The notes: generated by a model not told the origin, from the letters alone. A stretch of DNA of 64,000 nt from Thermomicrobiales bacterium (GCA_035708745.1 DASTFJ010000277.1:20098-84097); one strand, 5' to 3'. Shown: positions 9,781 through 19,951, counted from the stretch's first letter. A program made the numbers and translations.

Positions 9781-9813
9781 CCTGTCATTCCGAACGAAGC
9801 CGAAGCATTCCTC
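9781..9813. repeat. REP-like intergenic element, copy A
   Basis: CCTGTCATTCCGAACGAAGCCGAAGCATTCCTC aligns with 19952-19983, with a shared core CCTGTCATTCyGArCrAAGC(c)GAAGmAT(t)CC(c)TC. ATTC/GAAT-type arms can form a hairpin. Confidence 0.6.
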
Positions 9814-9900
9814 CTGGCCCCCCGCAGCCATGGTGTTCACCGAGACTCCCATGCTGCTTACCTCGAACAAACCGCTTCTCGCCACATCGAAGGCGCCCTC

Positions 9901-10392
9901 ATGATCGTCCTCGGCATCGATCCCGGCACCGCCAAACTTGGATACGGGGTCATCGATACCGCCGGAGAGCTCCCCAGTCTGATCGACTACGGCATCGCAG
10001 AAACCTTCCCGACTGAAACGATGCCAGAGCGGCTCCTTCAGCTCTACGGCAATATCCGCCTCTTGCTGAAGGATCACGACCCAGACGTGATGGCGGTCGA
10101 AAAGCTCTTTTTCGCGCGCAACGTCACCACTGCCATTGCGGTTGGGCAAGCGCGAGGCGTCGTGCTCCTCGCCGCCGCGGAGAAAGGCATTCCTGTTCGC
10201 GAATATAGTCCCAGCGAGATGAAGCATTCCATCGTCGGCTATGGCAAGGCCGACAAAAATCAGGTTCAGGAAATGGTCCGTGTCATCCTCGGGCTCGACC
10301 ACATTCCCCGCCCGGATGACGCCGCCGATGCGTTGGCCATTGCCATTTGCGATGCCCATATGACGAGCGGCTACGGTGCCTACACCCGATGA
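9901..10392 (+). CDS. ruvC: Crossover junction endodeoxyribonuclease RuvC
   Basis: 163 aa with MIVLGIDPGTAKLGYGVI...AVEKLFFARNVTTAI...PDDAADALAIAICDAH. Confidence 0.95.
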   Translation: MIVLGIDPGTAKLGYGVIDTAGELPSLIDYGIAETFPTETMPERLLQLYGNIRLLLKDHDPDVMAVEKLFFARNVTTAIAVGQARGVVLLAAAEKGIPVREYSPSEMKHSIVGYGKADKNQVQEMVRVILGLDHIPRPDDAADALAIAICDAHMTSGYGAYTR

Positions 10393-11171
10393 CAGCCCGG
10401 CTCGACATCGCCATGGTCGAGCGTGGATTGGTTCCGACGCGCAATAAAGCTCAGGCGCTTATCATGGCCGGAGCGGTCATGGTCGACGGTCGCCCCGCGC
10501 AAAAAGCAGGTGAACCGGTCACCGAGCGTTCTGCGATCTCGATCGCCGAAGGCCCGAGGTTCGTCAGCAGAGGAGGGGAAAAACTCGACCACGCGCTGTC
10601 GGCCTTCGCCATCGATCTGAGCGGAATGATTTGCGCAGATATCGGCGCCAGCACCGGCGGATTCACTGACGCCATGCTTCAGCGCGGAGCAGCCCGGGTG
10701 TATGCGATCGATGTTGGCTACGGTCAGATCGCCTTCGAGCTGCGTAACGATTCCCGGGTGATCGTCATGGACCGCACCAATGCGCGGCGCCTCGAATCGT
10801 TGCCGGATCCCGTCGAATTCACAGCGATCGACGCGTCGTTCATCTCCCTCTCGAAACTCTTCCCGGCGGTGCTGAACATCTCGAAACCGGAATCGTCGAT
10901 CGTCGCGCTCATCAAACCGCAATTCGAAGCCGGCAAAGGCGAGGTAGGCAAGAATGGCGTCGTTCGCGACAACGCGATTCACCGTCGCGTCCTTGCCGAA
11001 ATAATCGCCAGCGCGGCCGAGCACGGTCTTGCGCTGACCGGGCTGACCGCCTCCCCGCTCAAGGGGCCGGCCGGCAATATCGAGTTCCTCGGATATTTTG
11101 TGCGCGGTGCCCACGACGCCATCGCCGCACCAGCCGCAATCGATCGTGCTCTTGCCGAGGCCCCTCGATGA
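10389..11171 (+). CDS. tlyA: TlyA-family rRNA 2'-O-methyltransferase (S4 plus FtsJ domains)
   Basis: RLDIAMVERGLVPTRNKAQALIMAGAVMVDG (S4 domain) and DIGASTGGFTDAMLQRGAARVYAIDVGYGQ (SAM motif). ATGA overlap with ruvC. Confidence 0.88.
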   Translation: MTARLDIAMVERGLVPTRNKAQALIMAGAVMVDGRPAQKAGEPVTERSAISIAEGPRFVSRGGEKLDHALSAFAIDLSGMICADIGASTGGFTDAMLQRGAARVYAIDVGYGQIAFELRNDSRVIVMDRTNARRLESLPDPVEFTAIDASFISLSKLFPAVLNISKPESSIVALIKPQFEAGKGEVGKNGVVRDNAIHRRVLAEIIASAAEHGLALTGLTASPLKGPAGNIEFLGYFVRGAHDAIAAPAAIDRALAEAPR

Positions 11172-11923
11172 CCCAATCCGATCCATTCGCCGATCTCGCG
11201 GCCGCGCTATCCGGAGGTGTCGATGCGTCCGAGACTGCCGGTGTTCGCATCGACGCGTCGCGCCGGAATCGAACCGGATCCCCGGAAGTCGTCTATGGCA
11301 AAGGCAAGAGCGCGGAGCAAATCGCGGCGGCGCTGCGACGGCTTCTTGACATCGAAGGGCGCGCGCTGGCCGCTCGGATAGGCGCCGATCAGGCTGAAGC
11401 GGTCCAAGCTTCTCTTGTGGACGATCGGGTCGAGCTGATGTACGACCCGATTGGACGCACTTTGGCCGCGTCAGTCTCCGAGACGATTCCCGTCTCCACC
11501 GGCGGTAGAGTCGGGCTCATCTCGGCCGGCTCCTCGGATCGTCCGCAGATTTCGGAGGCCGCCGCCATCCTCCATGAAATGGGATGCCGAACTCAAAGCG
11601 TCCACGATGTCGGCGTGGCCGGCTTGCACCGCCTGGTTGCTCCATTGCGGCAAATGATGGCGTTCGATCCCGATGCCCTGATCGTGGCCGCCGGCATGGA
11701 CGGCGTCCTCCCCGGTGTGATTTCGGGTCTGGTCGCGATCCCGGTCGTCGCGCTGCCGACCTCCACGGGCTACGGATTCGGCGGAGAAGGTCTGGGCGCG
11801 ATGACGACCATGCTCCAGGCGTGCGCGCCGGGCATCGCCGTTGTCAATATCGACAACGGTATCGGCGCCGGCGTCGTGGCCGGCCTCATTGCCAATCGAG
11901 CGGCGTCTCAGCGGTCGTCGTAA
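11168..11923 (+). CDS. larB: LarB-like protein, PurE/NCAIR-mutase-related (nickel-pincer cofactor biosynthesis family)
   Basis: RTGSPEVVYGKGKS, GLISAGSSDRPQ, GVAGLHRL, AAGMDGVLPGVISGL, PTSTGYG and NIDNG fit the LarB family. ATGA overlap with tlyA. Confidence 0.75.
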   Translation: MTQSDPFADLAAALSGGVDASETAGVRIDASRRNRTGSPEVVYGKGKSAEQIAAALRRLLDIEGRALAARIGADQAEAVQASLVDDRVELMYDPIGRTLAASVSETIPVSTGGRVGLISAGSSDRPQISEAAAILHEMGCRTQSVHDVGVAGLHRLVAPLRQMMAFDPDALIVAAGMDGVLPGVISGLVAIPVVALPTSTGYGFGGEGLGAMTTMLQACAPGIAVVNIDNGIGAGVVAGLIANRAASQRSS

Positions 11924-12879
11924 GTCCCGACGATCCGCCGCAGCAGCGCTCGTGCGGCCTCCTCCGGCGACATCGCTCGTTGCGCAACCGCGTCGATCAA
12001 CTGCATTGCGTGTCCGCCTGGAGCGTCGAGCCGGACGCAACGCGCAACGGCGCGGCGCAATTCCGATCGCGCGATCCGCTCGCGCCGCGCCGGGAGCAGA
12101 TCGCGATCCACAAGAAAATCCCAGTGACGATCGATCTCACTCAGCATCCGGTCGAACCCGGTGCGATCGGTGCTCGACGCGAGCACGATCGGCGGAACCC
12201 ATCCCGAATCCTCCTCCGGGGCGAGCCCGAGTATCGAGCGAAGGTCCCGGGATACGCGCTGCGCGCCGGGCATGTCCGCCTTATTCACCACATAGACGTC
12301 GGCGATCTCCATCGCCCCGGCTTTGAGCAGTTGCACCGAATCGCCGGCGCCGGGGATCTGTACGAGTACCGTCGTATGCACCAGATCGGCAACCTCGAGC
12401 TGATCCTGTCCGGCGCCCACCGTTTCGATCGCCACATAGTCGTAGCCGGCCGCGTCGAAGAGGTGACAGAGATTCGCAACCGCTGGAGCAAGTCCATCGC
12501 TTTGTCCACGCGTTGCGACGCTTCGGACGAACACATTTGGATCGAGCGCTGCCTCGGTCATCCGGATTCGGTCGCCCAGCGTGGCCCCGCCGGATTTGGG
12601 GCTGCTCGGATCCACCGCAATAATGGCGATCCGCTTGCCCCGTTTGGAAACCTCGGCGGCCAACCCGGCGAGTAGTGAGCTCTTTCCGACCCCCGGCGCC
12701 CCAGTGACTCCGAGAACGTGCGCTTGCCCAGTTCGGGAATAGATCTGTTCGATCACCGCCTCCGAGACAGTCGCATCGTTTTCGATTCGTGTTGCGAGGC
12801 GGGAAAGCGCTCGTTGATCCCCGCTCAGCGCACGCTCGATCAGGGAATCAGACGTCGTCACTGCCACGAACCGGCGCAT
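11908..12879 (-). CDS. meaB: Methylmalonyl-CoA mutase accessory GTPase MeaB/ArgK
   Basis: [16 protein letters not shown] (P-loop), [23 protein letters not shown] and VVNKADM. Start is uncertain (ATG 12879, GTG 12867 or GTG 12861) and overlaps the upstream gene end. Confidence 0.88.
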   Translation of the reverse strand: MRRFVAVTTSDSLIERALSGDQRALSRLATRIENDATVSEAVIEQIYSRTGQAHVLGVTGAPGVGKSSLLAGLAAEVSKRGKRIAIIAVDPSSPKSGGATLGDRIRMTEAALDPNVFVRSVATRGQSDGLAPAVANLCHLFDAAGYDYVAIETVGAGQDQLEVADLVHTTVLVQIPGAGDSVQLLKAGAMEIADVYVVNKADMPGAQRVSRDLRSILGLAPEEDSGWVPPIVLASSTDRTGFDRMLSEIDRHWDFLVDRDLLPARRERIARSELRRAVARCVRLDAPGGHAMQLIDAVAQRAMSPEEAARALLRRIVGTYDDR

Positions 12880-13267
12880 GCCCCCGCACATAATCGATCG
12901 CGCTCGACATCGAAGTGCCCGGTCCGAAGATCGCCGAGACGCCCATGTCGAGGATCTCCGGCCGGTCTTCGTCGGGAATCGTTCCACCCGCAACGACCAG
13001 CACGTCGTCCAGACCGCGCGCGTGCAGCTCCGACATGATCCTGGGAAAAAGAGTCATATGCGCTCCGGAAAGGATGCTCAGGCCAATGACCGCCACATCT
13101 TCCTGCACGGCCGCGGTGGCGATCATCTCCGGGGTTTGAAAGAGTCCCGTATAGATCACCTCGAATCCCGCGTCACGAAATGCACGCGCCATCACTTTGG
13201 CGCCGCGGTCGTGTCCGTCCAATCCCGGTTTTGCAATCAGCATTCGAATCGGAGTCGTTGCCCCCAT
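12848..13267 (-). CDS. Methylmalonyl-CoA mutase, stand-alone cobalamin-binding small subunit
   Basis: 139 aa with [31 protein letters not shown] (DxHxxG B12 motif) and GLSILSGAH. Confidence 0.9.
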   Translation of the reverse strand: MGATTPIRMLIAKPGLDGHDRGAKVMARAFRDAGFEVIYTGLFQTPEMIATAAVQEDVAVIGLSILSGAHMTLFPRIMSELHARGLDDVLVVAGGTIPDEDRPEILDMGVSAIFGPGTSMSSAIDYVRGHAPVRGSDDV

Positions 13268-13270
13268 CCC

Positions 13271-14146
13271 CTATGCCACCTTTTCGTAGACATAAAAGCC
13301 TTCACCCGATTTCCGACCCAGCTTACCCGATGCGACCATGCGGCGGAGGAGGGGAGCTGGACGGTACTTGTCATCGCCGAGATCGCGATGGAGTACCTCC
13401 ATGATCGAAAGGCAGACATCGAGTCCGATCAGATCGGCCAGCGCCAAGGGCCCCATCGGATGGCCGGCGCCCAGCGTCATCGCCGAATCGATCTCGTCGC
13501 GCCCGGCCACGCCATCGCTCACAGCGAAAACCGCCTCGTTGATCATCGGGACAAGAATCCGGTTTACCGCGAATCCAGGCATGTCCTCTACCAGCACCGG
13601 CGTTTTGCCGATCGAAACCGCAAAGCTCGTAATCGCGTTTACGGTCGCGTCCGCTGTCCGCAAGCCCCTGACTACTTCGACCAGCGGCAGCACCGGCACC
13701 GGGTTGAAGAAATGCAGGCCAATGAATCGTTCTGGCCGGGAAACGGTCGCCGCCAGCGCGGAGATCGAGATGGACGATGTGTTGCTCGCCAGGATCGTCC
13801 CCGGCCGGACGATGCCATCCAGGTCCCGAAAGAGTTCAGACTTTACTGGCAGATCCTCGTAAATCGCCTCGATTGCCACATCGGCATCCGCGAGCGACTG
13901 ATTGTCCGTCGAGAACGCGATTCGGGCGAGCACCTTTTCACTCTCCGCCGCGTCGATCGTTCCTTTTTTGACAAGCCGGTCGAGGCTTTTTCGAATAGCG
14001 CTCTTCCCGCGCTGCAGATCCTCGTCGCGGCAATCGACGAGCGATACCGGGAAGCCAGCTTGTGCGATCACCTGCGCGATACCACTCCCCATGGTGCCGG
14101 CGCCGATCACGCCAACGCGTTCGATCGCCGTTACCGGATTAGTCAC
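13271..14146 (-). CDS. hbd: 3-hydroxybutyryl-CoA / 3-hydroxyacyl-CoA dehydrogenase
   Basis: [16 protein letters not shown] (Rossmann fold), ASNTSSISI and [20 protein letters not shown] chose GTG 14146; the track start 14188 would overlap pth by 50 nt. Confidence 0.88.
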   Translation of the reverse strand: MTNPVTAIERVGVIGAGTMGSGIAQVIAQAGFPVSLVDCRDEDLQRGKSAIRKSLDRLVKKGTIDAAESEKVLARIAFSTDNQSLADADVAIEAIYEDLPVKSELFRDLDGIVRPGTILASNTSSISISALAATVSRPERFIGLHFFNPVPVLPLVEVVRGLRTADATVNAITSFAVSIGKTPVLVEDMPGFAVNRILVPMINEAVFAVSDGVAGRDEIDSAMTLGAGHPMGPLALADLIGLDVCLSIMEVLHRDLGDDKYRPAPLLRRMVASGKLGRKSGEGFYVYEKVA

Positions 14147-14735
14147 CCGCGGGTCCTCCCGATTGAATAGCTGCACCCGGTGCGGCATTGACTTTGTTCA
14201 TAGCTGGTACCGCCCCCTCTAGCACCCAGATCCGGCACGCGTCGACGGCGTTGTCGACCACAACCGGGAGCTCTTGCTGCTCGTCGACTGAGAATTTGGA
14301 CAGCACCTGCGTTATCGCCGAGGATCGCCCCCGGCCGATTCCCACCCGCAAACGCGGGAACTCGTTCGTGCCAAGCTGACGGATCACCGAGGACAAGCCA
14401 TTGTGGCCCCCGGCGCTGCCGCGCTCGCGCAACCGCAGCGTGCCGAATGGCAAATCGAGCTCATCCAGCACAATCAGGATCTCGTCGGCATACAGCTTGT
14501 ACCACGCGCCCATCAATCGCACGGCATCGCCACTCGCGTTCATATACGTCTGCGGCTTGAGCAGAATCACCTTCTCGCCGCCGATGCTTGTTTCCGTGAC
14601 CAGCGACTTGAACCGCGATTTCTGGGAGGGCGCGGCGCATTCCTGCGCCAGCCGGTCGACCACCATGAAACCGATGTTGTGCCGGGTGCCGGCATATTGA
14701 TTCCCCGGATTTCCGAGTCCTACGATGGCCTTCAT
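14139..14735 (-). CDS. pth: Peptidyl-tRNA hydrolase
   Basis: [27 protein letters not shown] and GGHNGLSS. Confidence 0.95.
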   Translation of the reverse strand: MKAIVGLGNPGNQYAGTRHNIGFMVVDRLAQECAAPSQKSRFKSLVTETSIGGEKVILLKPQTYMNASGDAVRLMGAWYKLYADEILIVLDELDLPFGTLRLRERGSAGGHNGLSSVIRQLGTNEFPRLRVGIGRGRSSAITQVLSKFSVDEQQELPVVVDNAVDACRIWVLEGAVPAMNKVNAAPGAAIQSGGPAGD

Positions 14736-14887
14736 CTTCCCGCAACAAACCCTTGACGATCCAAATTGACATACTGGTCGAGGCCGGAGGGCCCGATCGC
14801 CAATGCTATACTTTACCGGCGCTCAAGCCGACAAGATGATCGCCGACCCGAGCGTTCAAATTCACCTTCAGACAAGGATGTTTTGGT

Positions 14888-15523
14888 ATGGGCTTTATGG
14901 GCATGGGAATGCAGGAGATCGTGATCATCGCGATCGTTGCACTCATTATCTTCGGTCCGGAGCGCCTGCCGGAAATGGCCGGCCAGGCCGGCAAACTCTT
15001 GCGCGATGCGCGCAAGATGACATCTGACCTTCAGGGCGAGTTCGAGCGCGAGTCAGGTGTGAATGTCCGCGAGCTTCGTGGGCAGGTCGATCGTGAGATC
15101 GCCGGAATCAAGGGCGAGATCGCCGGGGTGAATACGACGATCCAAAAGGAAGCGAACAACGTCAAGAAGACAGCGCAATCGGCGACCTCGGCCACCAGCA
15201 AATCAGGTGGCAAATCCACCTCGACCGCTGGAAAAACCTCTGCATCGTCGTCCTCGACCACTTCTTCGGTCAGCAAGGCAAAATCCGGCACAGCCGCGAA
15301 GACTGCTGAAGTCAAAGCCATCGCCTCCAAGAACGATCCGCTGGCCGATGTTTCCTTCCTTGATAATGTCGGCGCTGCTCCGCCCGCCAAGATCGTAGCC
15401 TCGAACGGCGCATCGAAATCGACGCCATCCGCGGCCTCGGCTCCCCCGAGTGGCGATCGCGCCGACGCGCTGCAACGCGCGCGCAACCGGCGCCTCCAGG
15501 CCGGGTACAACCAACCGCGCTAG
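14888..15523 (+). CDS. tatA: Twin-arginine translocase TatA/TatB-family subunit with a long Ser/Thr/Ala-rich tail
   Basis: N-terminal EIVIIAIVALIIFGPERLPEMAGQAGKLLRDARK is the Tat TM plus amphipathic helix motif. The remaining 150 aa or so are low complexity. Start is uncertain among several Met codons. Confidence 0.8.
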   Translation: MGFMGMGMQEIVIIAIVALIIFGPERLPEMAGQAGKLLRDARKMTSDLQGEFERESGVNVRELRGQVDREIAGIKGEIAGVNTTIQKEANNVKKTAQSATSATSKSGGKSTSTAGKTSASSSSTTSSVSKAKSGTAAKTAEVKAIASKNDPLADVSFLDNVGAAPPAKIVASNGASKSTPSAASAPPSGDRADALQRARNRRLQAGYNQPR

Positions 15524-15558
15524 TTCTTGACACGCATTCCAGGAAGGGAGCGCGATCG

Positions 15559-16767
15559 TTGATCGCCTACGAACGATCCACGACCGCGCTTCCCGCTGAC
15601 TCCGCGCGTCCCGATGGAACCGTGTTCGGCTTCGAGCTCCGCTCGACCGATCCTCGTTCCCGTGCCCGGCTCGGCCGCATTGAAACTCGTCGCGGTCCGA
15701 TCGAAACCCCGGTATTCATGCCGGTCGGCACCCAGGCTACGATCAAAACCTTGCATCCTGCCGAGGTGGAGCGCCTCGGGGCTCAGATCGTCCTGGCCAA
15801 CACCTACCACCTCATGCTTCGCCCGGGTCCCGAATTGATCGATCTCGCCGGCGGTCTGCATCCGTTCATGCGCTGGCCGCGGCCGATCCTTACCGATAGC
15901 GGCGGCTTTCAGATTTTCTCGCTGGCGCAGCAAGCCAAAGTCTCCGAAGAAGGGGTGCGCTTCCGCTCGCACATCGACGGTTCGCCCCATATGCTGACGC
16001 CCGAGCGGGCAGTCGACATTCAGGCCACACTTGGATCCGAGATCATGATGGCCCTCGACCATTTGGTCGGGTTGCCCGCTAAACCGCGCAAAATCTACGA
16101 TGCCACTATGCGCACCCATCGCTGGCTCGAACGCTGCATCGCGGCGCTCGCCGGTAGCGACCAGCCGCGTCGCGGCGCACTCTTCGGTATCGTCCAGGGT
16201 GGTATGGAACCCGAATTACGCAAGCTGAGCGCCGAAATCGTTGCCGCATCGAACGTCTCGGGCATCGCAATCGGCGGTCTCAGCGTCGGCGAAACCAAGT
16301 CGGAAATGGCGGAAATGATCGATATCGTCATCCCCGAGTTACCCGAATTCAAGCCACGCTACTTGATGGGCGTAGGCTCGCCGGAGGACCTTTGGAACGG
16401 GGTCGCTCAGGGCATTGATATGTTCGATTGCGTCTTGCCGACCAGACTCGCGCGCAACGGCTCGGTCTTCACGCCGGATGGCCGCATCGATCTGCACACC
16501 CGCATTCACCGCGAGTCATTCATTCCGATCGACGCCACGTGCGACTGCGAAACGTGCCAGCACTTCGATCGCGCCTACTTGCATCATCTCTTCCGCGCTC
16601 GCGAGATTCTCGCGCTCCGCCTGGCCTCGGTCCACAATCTGCGGTTCCTGGTGCGTCAAATGGAAACCATGCGTCGGGCCATCGCGGACGGCGCATTCTC
16701 CCAGGCGCATGCGGATTTCCTCGATCGCTATCGCGTGGCCCGTCCGAAAGCGAGCGTTCCGGCATGA
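15559..16767 (+). CDS. tgt: tRNA-guanine transglycosylase (queuine tRNA-ribosyltransferase)
   Basis: TPVFMPVGTQATIK, LANTYHLMLRPG, TDSGGFQIFSL, and LMGVGSPEDL with the CxCxxC...H zinc site (ATCDCETCQHF). Confidence 0.95.
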   Translation: MIAYERSTTALPADSARPDGTVFGFELRSTDPRSRARLGRIETRRGPIETPVFMPVGTQATIKTLHPAEVERLGAQIVLANTYHLMLRPGPELIDLAGGLHPFMRWPRPILTDSGGFQIFSLAQQAKVSEEGVRFRSHIDGSPHMLTPERAVDIQATLGSEIMMALDHLVGLPAKPRKIYDATMRTHRWLERCIAALAGSDQPRRGALFGIVQGGMEPELRKLSAEIVAASNVSGIAIGGLSVGETKSEMAEMIDIVIPELPEFKPRYLMGVGSPEDLWNGVAQGIDMFDCVLPTRLARNGSVFTPDGRIDLHTRIHRESFIPIDATCDCETCQHFDRAYLHHLFRAREILALRLASVHNLRFLVRQMETMRRAIADGAFSQAHADFLDRYRVARPKASVPA

Positions 16768-17180
16768 GTTACGTGCCCGAATTCGACCCGGATAAGTCCG
16801 GCGCCATCGCGGTCGGCATCGACATCATCGAGATCCAGCGCATCCAGCACGTCCTCGACGACTTCGGCGAGCGCTTCCTGCAGCGCTGTTTCACGGAATA
16901 CGAGCGCACCCGCTTCCGCAACCGAACTGAGGAGCTCGCCGGCCGGTTTGCCGTCAAGGAAGCGACCTCCAAAGCGCTGGGTACTGGCATCCGCGGTATC
17001 CGCTGGCGCGAGATGGAAACGCAGGTCAATCGCCGGGGCAAACCGGTGCTCGTCCTCCACGGCAGTGCCAAGGCCCGGGCCGCATTGCTCGGCTTCACCG
17101 ACTTCAGCGTATCGATTACGCATTCACGAACGGACGCGATGGCCATCGTCGTCGCGTTGAAGGGAACGAACCAGGAATGA
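16764..17180 (+). CDS. acpS: Holo-[acyl-carrier-protein] synthase
   Basis: GIDIIEIQRI...RFAVKEATSKALGTGI...SITHSRTDAMAIVV. ATGA overlap with tgt. Confidence 0.9.
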   Translation: MSYVPEFDPDKSGAIAVGIDIIEIQRIQHVLDDFGERFLQRCFTEYERTRFRNRTEELAGRFAVKEATSKALGTGIRGIRWREMETQVNRRGKPVLVLHGSAKARAALLGFTDFSVSITHSRTDAMAIVVALKGTNQE

Positions 17181-18169
17181 CCGGAACTTCGAAGGTCGAG
17201 ATCATCGACCGCGCTGCGGCCTTGCGCCTGCTGCCCAAACGCGATCAGCATGCGCACAAATGGGGCGTCGGCGGTCTGCTGATCGTTGGCGGCGCCCCGG
17301 GATATATCGGCGCCCCCGCGCTTGCTGCCCAGGGCGCCGGTCGCTCCGGCGCTGGCATCGTCAATTTAGCAATTCCACGCTCGTCGGTTGGGCCAACTGC
17401 CACCCTGGTTCCTGAGGCCGTCTTCCTGCCGCTCCCGGAAACAGATTCCACCCATGGGGTGAAAAACGCGATCGACCTCATCGCGCCTGTTGCGGAAAAA
17501 TGCCGCGCGCTGGTCGTCGGTCCCGGTCTCTCGAGGGACGATGCCGCGTCAGCCCTGCTCGCCGCGCTCTTCGGCGATACCCGCCGCTCTGTCACGCATG
17601 CGCTCGGCTTTGGCTCGTCCAGCCGTGCGAACGACGCGGAAGGGCATGCAGCGCTCGTCGGCAAGAACACTCCCGCGGTTGTGGACGCCGACGCGCTCCA
17701 TTGGCTTGCCGAACGCGACTCCTGGTGGACTCAGGTCGAACCGTTCTCGCTCCTGTTGACTCCACACGTCGGCGAGTTCGCGGCGCTAACGGGAACATCG
17801 AACGAGGAAATCCTTGCCGACCCCGCCACCGTAGTTCGAGCAGCTGCAAACGACTGGCGACAAGTCCTTGTCCTGAAGGCCGGAAAGTCCTGGATCAGCG
17901 ATGGCAACGTCGTCCGCGGCCTCGATTGTGCTACTCCCGCGCTCGCTACTGCCGGCACCGGCGATGTCCTCGCTGGTTCGATCGGGGCATTCCTCGCTCA
18001 AGGCTTGCTTCCACTCGACGCTGCGACCCTTGCCATCTATGCTGGCTCGCAGGCGGCGGTACGTCTCACCGCGGAGCTTTCCAGCCTGGGCGTGGTCGCT
18101 GGTGATCTGCCGCGTGCGATTGCGACTATTCTTGCCGACCTTGAAACAGAAAGCGATGCCAGCCGATGA
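17177..18169 (+). CDS. nnrD: ADP-dependent NAD(P)H-hydrate dehydratase (YjeF C-terminal / NnrD)
   Basis: HKWGVGGLLIVGGAPGYIGAPALAA, LTPHVGEF and ATAGTGDVLAGSIGAFLAQG. ATGA overlap with acpS. Confidence 0.88.
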   Translation: MTGTSKVEIIDRAAALRLLPKRDQHAHKWGVGGLLIVGGAPGYIGAPALAAQGAGRSGAGIVNLAIPRSSVGPTATLVPEAVFLPLPETDSTHGVKNAIDLIAPVAEKCRALVVGPGLSRDDAASALLAALFGDTRRSVTHALGFGSSSRANDAEGHAALVGKNTPAVVDADALHWLAERDSWWTQVEPFSLLLTPHVGEFAALTGTSNEEILADPATVVRAAANDWRQVLVLKAGKSWISDGNVVRGLDCATPALATAGTGDVLAGSIGAFLAQGLLPLDAATLAIYAGSQAAVRLTAELSSLGVVAGDLPRAIATILADLETESDASR

Positions 18170-18699
18170 GTCAGGATGACGTCTCCATCGAATCGATCAT
18201 GCGCAGGAAAGTGCCGGTCGTCGCTCCCGACGAAACCGTCGGCGCCGTCGCATCGATCCTGGCGCGGAGTGAGGTGCCTGGCGTGCTCGTCGTCGATGAA
18301 GGAGAGCTGCTCGGCATCATCACCGAATCGGACATCGTCATGCGCAAAGCGGATGTCGACTTTCCCGAAACGGTTTCATTCCTCGGCGGTTATTTTCGCG
18401 CCGGCCGGCTTCAGCTTCCCTGGAACCGCGAAAACCAGGACGACGCCAGTGACTTCGATCACGAAATGCGCCGCGTCCTTGCCACAACGGCTCGCGATCT
18501 GATGAGCTCCCCCGTGGTCAATATCGACAAGGACGCCAGCATTCACGATCTGGCAACCATCATGATCGAACATAATGTGAATCCGGTGCCCGTCGTCACC
18601 GACGACAACAAGATCGTCGGCATCGTCTCGCGCAAAGATCTCGTCAAGCTCATCGCCACCGAGCAACAGGACGACGAGCCGGCGGAATCCGACCGCTGA
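18166..18699 (+). CDS. CBS domain pair protein
   Basis: Two CBS-like modules (IMRRKVPVVAPDETV...GVLVVDEGELLGIITESDIV and LMSSPVVNIDKDASI...PVVTDDNKIVGIVSRKDLV) separated by an insert of about 40 aa. ATGA overlap with nnrD. Confidence 0.8.
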   Translation: MSQDDVSIESIMRRKVPVVAPDETVGAVASILARSEVPGVLVVDEGELLGIITESDIVMRKADVDFPETVSFLGGYFRAGRLQLPWNRENQDDASDFDHEMRRVLATTARDLMSSPVVNIDKDASIHDLATIMIEHNVNPVPVVTDDNKIVGIVSRKDLVKLIATEQQDDEPAESDR

Positions 18700-18700
18700 C

Positions 18701-19846
18701 ATGGCGCCGTTCGACCACGCGCGCGTTGGACAGCGGCCAACGCGCCTCATCGTCGATCGTCAGATTATCGCGCGCAATGCAACCCTCATTCGGGAACGAC
18801 TGTCGCCGGCGACACGTCTGATGGCGGTCGTCAAAGCAAACGGCTACGGCCACGGCGCCATCGAATCGGCGCGCGCCGCGATCCAGGGCGGCGCGTCCTT
18901 TCTGGGCGTTGCAACCGTGTCGGAAGCATGCGAGCTGCGAGACGCCGGCATCGATACCTCCATCCTCGTCCTGGGATCCAGTTCCCCGCTCGAAGCCAGG
19001 GAAGCAGCCGGAATGAACGTTGCCCTTGGAGTAGGGGATATCGCTCAGCTTGGTCACCTGTTCGAAATACTCGATTCCAACCCGCCCCCGCACCCCTTGC
19101 AGATCCATCTCAAGATCGATACCGGCATGCGACGCTTTGGCATATCCCCCAGCGATGCCTCCCAGGTCGCGCAGCGCATTCACGCTCATCCCGCGATCCA
19201 GCTTGCCGGGATCTATTCGCATTTTGCCGAGTCGGATGCCGAATCCCTGGATCGCCTGGGCCTGCAGCTCGATCTATTCCGTTCGACACTTCGCGCTCTG
19301 GATCAGCTCGGCATCGACCGCGGCATAGCGCATATTTGCAATAGTGCCGCACTTCTCCGCATTCGAATTGCCGACCTCGATATGGTGCGCGCCGGCATTT
19401 GCCTCTATGGCATATCACCATCGGAGCATGTCCCGCTCTTCGAGGGTTTGCAACCCGCCCTCGAATGGCGGGCGACAGTCCAGCACATAACAGAAATGGC
19501 GCCTGGGGATCGAACGGGATACGGCGGCACGTACGCTGCCAGCGGCCATGAGCGGCTCGCGCTGCTTCCCATCGGATATGCAGACGGCTACCCCCGACAT
19601 CTATCGAATCGCGGCTGGGTGGGCCACCAGGGACACCGACTCCCCATTCGCGGACGCGTTTCCATGGACCAATGCGGCGTCAGCATTCCGAGCGATGATT
19701 CCCTGTCGGTTGGGGACGAGGTAACCATCCTCGGGCGACCCGAGACCGGCGCCCCCGACGCCAACCAGCTCGGCGCCCTCATCGACACCATAGGCTACGA
19801 AATCGTGTCCCGTATCTCCCGCCGCGTTCCCGTCGAATACCGCTAG
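18701..19846 (+). CDS. alr: Alanine racemase
   Basis: MAVVKANGYGHG (PLP lysine motif), and the C-terminal GYADGYPR and RVSMDQ motifs. Confidence 0.93.
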   Translation: MAPFDHARVGQRPTRLIVDRQIIARNATLIRERLSPATRLMAVVKANGYGHGAIESARAAIQGGASFLGVATVSEACELRDAGIDTSILVLGSSSPLEAREAAGMNVALGVGDIAQLGHLFEILDSNPPPHPLQIHLKIDTGMRRFGISPSDASQVAQRIHAHPAIQLAGIYSHFAESDAESLDRLGLQLDLFRSTLRALDQLGIDRGIAHICNSAALLRIRIADLDMVRAGICLYGISPSEHVPLFEGLQPALEWRATVQHITEMAPGDRTGYGGTYAASGHERLALLPIGYADGYPRHLSNRGWVGHQGHRLPIRGRVSMDQCGVSIPSDDSLSVGDEVTILGRPETGAPDANQLGALIDTIGYEIVSRISRRVPVEYR

Positions 19847-19951
19847 TCAGCACACGGCCCCTGCGGAAGTCCGAAAGCACGCGATCGCCACACCCATCCG
19901 CCATGCATTCCCAATACGCCATTACTCCTAATTCGCTGCCGCTTTCCAGTT

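Noticed and set aside
12878-14170. 430-aa plus-strand ORF. Similar long antisense ORFs occur at 7552-8652, 39187-40518, 37335-38024, 11584-12675 and 33008-33853.
   Set aside because: All are antisense to genes with clear homology and have skewed Arg/His/Pro/Ser-rich composition.
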